From: an uncultured delta proteobacterium
Lineage (GTDB): Bacteria > Desulfobacterota > WTBG01 > CAIYCZ01 > CAIRTM01
Assembly (NCBI GenBank): GCA_963804955.1
Contig: CAWDSQ010000008.1
Coordinates: forward strand, 64,001 to 128,000
Length of the DNA: 64,000 nt
Direction of reading: 5' to 3'
A model generated the notes under the pieces. The model saw only the letters and a list, made by a program, of their open reading frames with translations, searched no databases and was not told where the DNA came from. The stretch's first letter is position 1; every line of letters starts with the position of its first letter. Below are positions 56,194 to 64,000 of this stretch, piece after piece. Both the position numbers and the translations under genes were made by a program.

Positions 56194-56619
56194 CTACAGG
56201 GCTTTTCCCGCCTTGCGCCACCGGTGCAGAAAATACTCTTCCACGTATTTTTTTTTATACGGCCTCCCGAGAAAGGTATTTTTGCAGCCCATATAGGCGC
56301 TGCACTCAAAAGGCTTTGCCCCCTGTATGGTGCAGCTGCCTTGCTCATCAAGAAACACGCATACCCCGCGCTCCTGGGCATAGTAATCAGGAGCAACCGT
56401 GCCCGGCTCTGCGACGAAGCGCTTGCCCTTGCGCTTGGCAGGCGCCAGGGCATAAATCGCGTCTTTGGGGCAGAGAAGAATTTTTATCAGATACTGCTCC
56501 CGCAGCCCGGCTTCTGTCAGGCCGAGCAGGCGGGCAAGTTTCTGCAGATCTTCTGGAACGAGCCTTCCCGGGTCATTGCGGCAGGCGCTGATGCATACCG
56601 GGCAGTTGCAGCTTTCCAT
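56194..56619 (-). CDS. YkgJ-like cysteine cluster protein
   Basis: CNC..C..AC, CVFL....CTI..AKPFEC. Confidence 0.7.
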   Translation of the reverse strand: MESCNCPVCISACRNDPGRLVPEDLQKLARLLGLTEAGLREQYLIKILLCPKDAIYALAPAKRKGKRFVAEPGTVAPDYYAQERGVCVFLDEQGSCTIQGAKPFECSAYMGCKNTFLGRPYKKKYVEEYFLHRWRKAGKAL

Positions 56620-56830
56620 GCCTTGCGTCCTTTCGTAACTTGATGCATTTTTTATACAGCATGTTTGTATCAGCAACCTGCTGTGCTGTCACGTGCTTTC
56701 TCCGGAGCTGCCACTGCAGCCTTTGCCATTGACATCTTTATGAACCGGGTGTATGTGCTCACGGTGATCAGGGCCTGGCCCCGCCGGCAGCCCCTTGATT
56801 TACACTACTATCAAGCTTATTATACACTGC

Positions 56831-57646
56831 ATGCTTTCCAAAAAACTCCATGCCTATCTTGAATCCCTGTACGTCACCTACAACCGACGCGAGTTCGTAG
56901 CTCCCGATCCGCTGCAGTTTTTGTATGCGTATGCCGACCCCGGCGACCGGGAAATTGCAGCCCTTGTCTGCTCAACGCTTGCCTATGGCCGGGTGGTGCA
57001 GATACTGCGCAGTCTCGAAACGGTGCTGGCCCGGCTCGGACCTCACCCTGCCGACTTTATTGTGAAGGCCACACGCGGTGAACTGAGGCTTGCACTGTCC
57101 GGCATCAAGCACCGGTTCACGTCAGGCGAAGAGCTCGCGCACCTGCTGTCCGGCGCGAAGAAGATACTGCGCAAACACGGCTCCCTCGGGCAGTGCCTGA
57201 GAAGCCATATCTCTCCTGGCGATACAACCATTCTTCCCGCCCTTGAACGGTTTACAATCGATCTGCAGGAAGCTTCAGGCGGGCTTGATCTCTATACGCT
57301 GCCATCGCCCGCCCGCGGCAGCGCCTGCAAGCGGCTGAATCTCATGCTTCGGTGGATGGTCCGCCGCGACGATGTAGATCCGGGCGGATGGCCGGGCATT
57401 TCGCCTTCGCTGCTTGTCATTCCGCTTGATACGCATATGGATGCCATCGGCCGGTCGCTCGGATTCACCTGCCGCAAACAGGCGGATTTGAAGGCAGCCC
57501 TTGAAATTACTGACGGGTTCAGAAATCTCTGCCCCCATGACCCTGTGCGCTATGATTTCGCCCTCACGCGCTTCGGCATACGAAGCGATCTTGAAATCAA
57601 GCATGTCACCGGAGCCATTAAAGATCTGTGCAAGCCTCTGCCATGA
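56831..57646 (+). CDS. TIGR02757 / DUF2400 family protein
   Basis: DPLQF, LAYGRV..I, SACKRLNLMLRWMVR, IPLDTH, DPVRYDFAL. Confidence 0.85.
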   Translation: MLSKKLHAYLESLYVTYNRREFVAPDPLQFLYAYADPGDREIAALVCSTLAYGRVVQILRSLETVLARLGPHPADFIVKATRGELRLALSGIKHRFTSGEELAHLLSGAKKILRKHGSLGQCLRSHISPGDTTILPALERFTIDLQEASGGLDLYTLPSPARGSACKRLNLMLRWMVRRDDVDPGGWPGISPSLLVIPLDTHMDAIGRSLGFTCRKQADLKAALEITDGFRNLCPHDPVRYDFALTRFGIRSDLEIKHVTGAIKDLCKPLP

Positions 57647-57783
57647 GGGTATGACGCACCGCTCTGCACATGTGCTGAAACCCGCAGGCCGATTGAGTCC
57701 GCCTGCTGCTTCTTCTGCAATTGTATAGTGGGCCGGGCTGCAGGGCTCTAGAAATCTCATGGGGCAGGCACACCGGTTTGCCC

Positions 57784-60273
57784 CTACTCCGGATTGTCCA
57801 CAAGGGGAATATCAATGCTGCCCACATCCCATATATCGCGGGCATACTCGGCAATGGTGCGGTCGCTTGAAAACTTGCCGCATCGGGCCACATTGAGAAT
57901 GGACATGCGCGTCCAGCGCTTTTTCTCAAGATAGGCCTTTTCCGCCTGGTCCTGAGCGGCAACATAGGCGTCGAAGTCGGCCATCAGGCAGAATTCGTCA
58001 TGGTGCAAAAGCTCATCGTAAATAGGGCGAAACAGGCCCGGTTCATGAGGCAGAAAAAAATCTGTTCCGATCAGCCGCATTACCTGCTGCAGCATGGCCG
58101 ATCCGGCCACATACTGGCCGGGATCATATTTCCCGCGTTTGAGATCGACAACCTGATCGTTATTGAGGCCGAAAATAAAAATATTTTCAGGCCCGACTTC
58201 CTCAAGAATTTCCACATTGGCGCCATCGAGCGTTCCGATGGTGACTGCACCGTTCAGGGCGAACTTCATATTACCCGTTCCTGATGCCTCCTTGCCGGCC
58301 GTTGAAATCTGCTCGGAAAGGTCGGCGGCCGGTATCAGGCGCTCGGCAAGAGACACCCGGTAGTTGGGCAGGAACACCACGCGCAGGAAATCGTTTACAT
58401 CGGGGTCATTATTGATGACCTGGCCGATGGCATTGATGAATCGAATAATGAGCTTTGCCTTGTGGTAGCCGGGCGCTGCCTTGCCGCCTATAATGCAGGT
58501 GCGGGGAAGGCGACGCGCGGAGGGTATGTCCTTCAGCTCCAGGTACTTTGCGGTAATGTACAGCGCGAAGAGCAGCTGCCGCTTGTACTCGTGCATGCGC
58601 TTGACCTGCACATCGATAAATGAATCCGAATGAATCTCTATCCACTCCTCGTCCCAGATCGATTCGGCAAGGCGGCGCTTGCAGGCAAGCTTCACCGCGC
58701 GCCAGCGGTCCTGGAAACCGCCGTCATCGGCAAAATTCTCAAGCTCCCGCAAACGGGTAAGGTCCTTGACCCACCCATCGCCGATGGCCTCGGTAATGAG
58801 CTCGGAAAGGCCCGGATTGGCCACTCGCATCCAGCGCCGCGGGGTAACGCCGTTGGTCTTGTTGTTGAACTTGTCGGGCCAGAATTCGTGAAAGTCCCGC
58901 AGCAGCGTTTCCCGCAGCAGCCGCGAGTGCAGCTCGGCCACGCCGTTCACCGAGTGGCTGCCGACAACGGCAAGGTGGGCCATGCGTACGCGCTTTTCAG
59001 AGCCTTCGGCCACGATGGACATGCGGCCGATGCGCGCCTCGTCGCCGGAAAAGCGCGCGGCGACAGCCTCCAGAAATTTATGGTTGATGAGATAGATGAT
59101 CTCCAGATGCCGCGGCAGCACGCGCTGAACAAGAGACACGGGCCACTCTTCGAGCGCTTCGGGCAGCACAGTGTGGTTGGTGTACCCGAAGGTCCGGACA
59201 GTTATATCCCAGGCTTCGTCCCAGCCCATGTTCTCTTCGTCGGTCAGGAGCCGCATGAGCTCGGGAATTGCCATGGCAGGATGCGTGTCATTGAGCTGGA
59301 TTGCGACCTTTTCAGGCAGAGCTTTCAGATCGCTGTTTTCGCTTTTAAACCGCCGCAGAATATCCTGGAGAGCGGCCGACACGAGAAAGTATTCCTGCCT
59401 GAGGCGCAGTTCCCTGCCCTCGAAAAAATTATCATTCGGATAGAGCACCTTGGTGATATTTTCGCTTTTGACCTTGGTCTGGCAGGCAGCCATATAGTCG
59501 CCGGCATTGAAGTCATTGAGTGAAAATTCCTCCGTGGCTTTCGATGACCACAGGCGAAGGGTGTTGACATTGTTGATGTCATAGCCCGGTACGGGTGTGT
59601 CATAGGGCATGGCGATTACCTCTTCGCCGCCCCACCACACGGTCTTTGACCTCCCGAACACGTCGGGCTTGTGGTCGACGGCGCCGCCGAAGCGCACCTT
59701 GAAGGTATACTCGGGCCGGGGCACCTCCCAGGGATTGGTGCGGGCAAGCCAGTTGTCGGGCGTCTCTATTTGAGCGCCATGCACAATCCGCTGGTTGAAA
59801 AGGCCATACTCATAGCGCAGTCCGTAGCCGTGGGCAGGAATTCCCATTGTTGCCATGGAGTCGATAAAGCATGCCGCCAGCCGCCCCAGCCCGCCATTGC
59901 CCAGGCCGGCGTCAACTTCATAGCTGCGGATGGTCTCAAGGTCCATACCGAGCTCTTTCAGCGCTTCGCGGCAGGCATCATGGAGGCCGAGATTCGTCAG
60001 GCTGTCTTCCAGGGAGCGCCCGAGCAGAAACTCCATGGACAGATAATAGACGCGCTTGACATTGCGGTTGTGGTAGGTCTGCTGCGTCGAGATCCAGCGC
60101 TCAACCAGGCGCTCCAGCACGGCATAGGCCGTGCTCAGGAAGCGGTCATAGGCTGTGGCGCTGTACTGGTCTTTGGCCAGGCGGTATTCAAGGTTTGAGA
60201 GAATAGATGCCTTGAATGCCTCAATATCATTGCCCTTGTGGTGGATGTGCCAATTGAATGATGCTGCTGTCAT
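57784..60273 (-). CDS. glgP: Glycogen/starch phosphorylase
   Basis: LGNGGLGRLAAC, QLNDTHP, KRMHEYKRQ, PLP motif EASGTGNMK. Confidence 0.96.
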   Translation of the reverse strand: MTAASFNWHIHHKGNDIEAFKASILSNLEYRLAKDQYSATAYDRFLSTAYAVLERLVERWISTQQTYHNRNVKRVYYLSMEFLLGRSLEDSLTNLGLHDACREALKELGMDLETIRSYEVDAGLGNGGLGRLAACFIDSMATMGIPAHGYGLRYEYGLFNQRIVHGAQIETPDNWLARTNPWEVPRPEYTFKVRFGGAVDHKPDVFGRSKTVWWGGEEVIAMPYDTPVPGYDINNVNTLRLWSSKATEEFSLNDFNAGDYMAACQTKVKSENITKVLYPNDNFFEGRELRLRQEYFLVSAALQDILRRFKSENSDLKALPEKVAIQLNDTHPAMAIPELMRLLTDEENMGWDEAWDITVRTFGYTNHTVLPEALEEWPVSLVQRVLPRHLEIIYLINHKFLEAVAARFSGDEARIGRMSIVAEGSEKRVRMAHLAVVGSHSVNGVAELHSRLLRETLLRDFHEFWPDKFNNKTNGVTPRRWMRVANPGLSELITEAIGDGWVKDLTRLRELENFADDGGFQDRWRAVKLACKRRLAESIWDEEWIEIHSDSFIDVQVKRMHEYKRQLLFALYITAKYLELKDIPSARRLPRTCIIGGKAAPGYHKAKLIIRFINAIGQVINNDPDVNDFLRVVFLPNYRVSLAERLIPAADLSEQISTAGKEASGTGNMKFALNGAVTIGTLDGANVEILEEVGPENIFIFGLNNDQVVDLKRGKYDPGQYVAGSAMLQQVMRLIGTDFFLPHEPGLFRPIYDELLHHDEFCLMADFDAYVAAQDQAEKAYLEKKRWTRMSILNVARCGKFSSDRTIAEYARDIWDVGSIDIPLVDNPE

Positions 60274-60439
60274 GACGGTCTCCCCCGCGATACCGGTCAA
60301 ATATTTGTCGGGTTATGTCCGCCTCGGCGGATCAATCCGGCCTGCGAGCCGGACAGGATGGGTTTCAAACAGATCTCTGCAAATCAATGTCCAGTGTGTA
60401 TACAGCGTAGCATACCCCGCCGGTTCGCTCAAGGCAGGT

Positions 60440-61816
60440 TTAATCTTCATAGACTATGCCGTACTCGGCAATCTTACTCAGCAGCGCGGGATAGCTCAGC
60501 TCGAGCAGCCTGGCTGCCTGGCTTTTATTGCCATGGGTGCGCTTGAGGGCCTTGCGGATGAACTGCTCCTCGATTATCCGGCTCATGACTTTTATTGAAA
60601 AAATGTCATCGGTGAAACGCTTGCCGCCCTGCTTCTGGAACTGGGCAACGGGCGCGGGGATGTCATCGGCGTCGATGCGGTCTTTTTCCGAGAGTATCAT
60701 GGCGCGCTCGACCATATTTTCAAGCTCCCGGATATTGCCGGGCCACGGGTAGGCAAGCAGCAGCCGCATGGCCGCGGGCGTCGCACCCGTGCAGGCAAGG
60801 CCATGGCTTTTATTGTATTTTGCTATGAAATGATCGACCAGCAGATGGATGTCTTCCAGCCGTTCGCGCAGCGGCGGCAGATGAACAGGCAGCACATTCA
60901 GGCGGTAGTACAGGTCTTCGCGAAAAGAGCCTTTTTCAACCTCGACCAGCAGGTCCTTGGCCGTTGCCGCGATCACGCGCACGTCAACCGAAACAGCCCG
61001 CTCTTCGCCAACCCGCCTGACCTCGCCTTCCTGCAGCGCCCGAATAAGCTTCACCTGCAGGTTAATCGGTATATCGCCGATTTCATCCAGGAAAAGCGTG
61101 CCGCCGTCAGCCTCTTCAAAAAAGCCCTTGCGGTCCTGAATGGCGCCGGTAAACGAGCCCTTTTTGTGGCCGAACAGTTCGCTTTCCAGCAGGCTGTCTG
61201 GTATGGCGCCGCAGTTGATGCCCAGAAACATACGGTCTTTGCGGGGGCTGGTTTCGTGGATGGCCCGGGCCACAAGCTCCTTGCCCGTGCCCGATTCGCC
61301 CGTGATGAGAACCGAGCTTTTGAATGCCGCCACTTTTCCAATAAGCTCGCATATGCCCTGCATCTGCGGGCTTTTGCCAATGAGATTCTCAAACCCGTAC
61401 AGCTGCTTGAGCTGGCCGCGCAGCTGCCGGTTTTCTTTTTTCAGCCGCTCCCGCTCTTCCGCCTTTTTCAGCACCAGAAGAATTTCAGCCGGCTTGAACG
61501 GCTTTGAAATAAAGTCGTAGGCTCCGAGCTGCATGGTCTCGATGGCAAGATCCATGGTTCCATAGGCCGACATGGTGATAATGGTGGCGGTGCTGGTGCG
61601 GCCGGCGGCCTGCTTCAAAAATTCAATGCCGTCCATGCGCGGCATGCGCAGGTCGCAGAGAATGATGTCGAAGTCCTGCTGTTCAAGAAAGGCAAGGGCC
61701 TCCTGGCCGTCTGCGGCAAGGCAGACTTCAAAGCCTTCCTTTTCAAGCATCGACCGGAGCAGATGCCGCAAATTTTCTTCGTCATCAATGACGAGCAGTC
61801 GTTTTTGCTGTGTCAT
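60440..61816 (-). CDS. NtrC-family sigma-54-dependent response regulator
   Basis: [39 protein letters not shown]-terminal HTH. Confidence 0.95.
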   Translation of the reverse strand: MTQQKRLLVIDDEENLRHLLRSMLEKEGFEVCLAADGQEALAFLEQQDFDIILCDLRMPRMDGIEFLKQAAGRTSTATIITMSAYGTMDLAIETMQLGAYDFISKPFKPAEILLVLKKAEERERLKKENRQLRGQLKQLYGFENLIGKSPQMQGICELIGKVAAFKSSVLITGESGTGKELVARAIHETSPRKDRMFLGINCGAIPDSLLESELFGHKKGSFTGAIQDRKGFFEEADGGTLFLDEIGDIPINLQVKLIRALQEGEVRRVGEERAVSVDVRVIAATAKDLLVEVEKGSFREDLYYRLNVLPVHLPPLRERLEDIHLLVDHFIAKYNKSHGLACTGATPAAMRLLLAYPWPGNIRELENMVERAMILSEKDRIDADDIPAPVAQFQKQGGKRFTDDIFSIKVMSRIIEEQFIRKALKRTHGNKSQAARLLELSYPALLSKIAEYGIVYED

Positions 61817-61855
61817 TATCTCCCCGTTCTTAAAAGCGTCAAGGGTTGACGCGGG

Positions 61856-63362
61856 CTACTGCGGCGCCGCGGCAGGAAAGTGTATTGTAAAGGTTGTGCC
61901 CTGGCCGGGCTGGCTTGCAAAGGCAATGGAGCCTTCCATCACCTCGACAATGCGGTGCACATTTGCAAGCCCGAGCCCTGTGCCTTTAGCTCTGGTTGTG
62001 AAAAAGGGATCAAAAATTTTTCCCTGATGCTCGGGCGCAATGCCGTGGCCCGTATCTGCCACCGCAAGACAAATGCTGTTCCGGCCGGCGTCAGGCGTCG
62101 TTGTTATCGTCAGAGTGCCGCCGGAGCCTGCCATGGCATCGCAGGCATTGAGCGCCAGATTTAAAAGCAGTTGCCGCAGCAGCCGGTCATTGCCCCGAAC
62201 GGCAGGCAGCTCGCCTGCCGGATTCTGCAGGATCCGGATATTTTTGAATTCATTGTGGCAGGCAATCATGGCGCAGGTGTCATGAACGATATCATTAAGC
62301 TGCAGCTCGGTGATTTCCTGGGATGAAGGCTGGGCGAAATCCAGCAAATCGCCGATAGTGTTTTTCATCCGCTCGGTTTCATGCTCCATACGATTAAGGT
62401 AATCGGCGCGTTCAACATCGGTAACATCGGGAGAGCGCAAAAGGTGGATATACCCGAGTATGATGCCCGAGCGGATTTCCCACCTCATGGGCGATGCCCG
62501 CAGCCAGGCGGCCAACGGAGGCAAGCTTTTCCGTCTGGATTATTTCCCGCTGGGCCTGGTGCAGCTGAACGTTTTTCTCCTCAAGGGCCTGCATCTGTCC
62601 CCGCAGCCGCCCGCGCTCTGTTTTGAGATTATCAGCAAGGGATTTCAGGGCTGAGGAAAGCTTCTGCAGTTCATTGCCGCCGGACAGGAATAAAGGCAGA
62701 CCGCTTACGTTTTCCCGGGCAATATTTTCGGTCTGCCCGATGAGGCGCTGCATGGGGCTCACCAGGTAACGGCTGAACAGCAGAAACCCGACGATGAGCA
62801 GAATAACGGCGCTGGTGATGATATAGAGAAAAATAATGGCATATGCTTTTTTCATGCTGCGATGAATATCCTGCAGCGGCAGCAGGGCCTTCAGTACCCC
62901 GACGGGCTTTCCGGCAATGCGCAGGGGAGCGGCTGCAATAAGGCGGGGCCCGCTTGCAGCAAAGCGGTTTTCAATGCGTGTGGAGAGAGCTCCGGTTTCC
63001 AGCGCCCGGACGATATCGCCGTCAAACAGCAGGCGGCCGACCCGGCCCTGCGATGCCGCCAGCACCCTGTTGTCCCTGTCAACCAGAACAAGCTCAAGGC
63101 AGGTTCCGGAATCTATATAACGCCTGAACAGGGCCTGCAGCTCAGACCCTTCGAAAGGCGATTCCAGAAGCCCTGAATCCTTTTCAAGCATATGGGCCGC
63201 ACCTGTCTCAACTGCGGCAAAAATAGCTCCGCCTGAAAGCGCGCCCTCTCTGAGCAGCTCTTTCTCCATGACGCGGTACACCACAAAACTTATAAGTGCT
63301 GCTGCAAGCACCATAAGCAGTGAGAGATTCCAGAAAACGGTTGTGCGCAGGCTAACGTACAT
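61856..63362 (-). CDS. Membrane HAMP sensor kinase, likely cognate of the NtrC regulator; frameshift near 62470
   Basis: Two TMs, IAHEVGNP, NLALNA, PFFTT, GTGLGL across two ORFs. Confidence 0.85.
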
Positions 63363-63581
63363 GATTATGATTTCGGAGTTTGGATTTTGGATTTTTCAAA
63401 ATAGTGCCTGCTGCACAGTTTATTTTTTTGCGCATACCTGTTTCTCCCTGCGGTTTAAACGGCTGCGTGCCGAGCCAGCTGAAGGCCGGTATAAAAACCG
63501 TATGTCACCGGCATTATTTCAAAAGGCGCTGTCCGTATCGGTATCTGTTCCGCAATCGGCAATCCAAAACCCGCAATACTA

Positions 63582-64000
63582 TTACCCTTTTCCAAGCGTC
63601 AGGTACCAGTGCAGCAGTTCCGCGCCGTACAGCAGCGAGCAGAGCGCGCCCAGAGACAAAAACGGCCCGAAGGGAACGGCGTATTTCATGTCTTTGCCCT
63701 TGAGCATCATGACCGTAACGCCGATGATGCTTCCGGCAAAAGCTCCCACAACCAGCGCGACGAGCGCTCCTTTCCAGCCTAAAAATGCGCCGATCATGGC
63801 AAGCAGCTTGATGTCTCCACCGCCCATACCCTCTTTTTTTCTGAGATAATAATACCCTGCCGCCACGCCGTACAGCACGCCGCCGCCTACGAGAATACCG
63901 ATGGCGGACTCAAGCGGCGTTGTCCAGGGTACGACAAAGGAGCACAAAAAACACAGGGGTATGCCCGGCAGGCTTATCACATCAGGAATAATCTGCAGCT
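63582..64000 (-). CDS. pilD: Prepilin peptidase, C-terminal part
   Basis: EGMGGGDIKLLAMIGAFLG and VPFGPFL motifs. Confidence 0.9.
   Translation of the reverse strand, partial: LQIIPDVISLPGIPLCFLCSFVVPWTTPLESAIGILVGGGVLYGVAAGYYYLRKKEGMGGGDIKLLAMIGAFLGWKGALVALVVGAFAGSIIGVTVMMLKGKDMKYAVPFGPFLSLGALCSLLYGAELLHWYLTLGKG

Overview
Bacterial window, probably Desulfobacterota/deltaproteobacteria-like (inferred from gene content), with many single-base frameshifts that look like long-read consensus errors. Positions 1-42.6 kb hold an almost wholly minus-strand supercluster of about 20 signalling genes: hybrid and PAS/GAF histidine kinases, single-domain receivers, REC-GGDEF, a CarH-type B12-binding sensor, Hpt, and a REC-PilB/GspE-REC ATPase. 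Nearly every intergenic gap from 0.2 to 39.6 kb is a mosaic of repeat families: inverted heptamer arrays (AGTTCGG/GGTTCAA/GATTCAA), GTAG-type REP hairpins, a CCCTCCCC..GGGAGGG palindrome, and two MITE types, sometimes nested in each other. Three gaps carry small cargo genes: a four-helix-bundle protein, a DUF559 nuclease bracketed by perfect 35-bp inverted repeats, and a DUF6516/TumE-like toxin-antitoxin pair. Six sigma-54-type promoters share a 30-bp GGCACA-N18-TGTGCC upstream site at 102-106 bp, linking three BspA-like LRR surface proteins, two Hpt copies and the head of the kinase array. Positions 48.9-64 kb are mostly ordinary genes (flavoprotein, rpoH, gamma-CA, glgP, NtrC-family pair, pilD). 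No rRNA, tRNA, CRISPR array or reverse transcriptase was seen.
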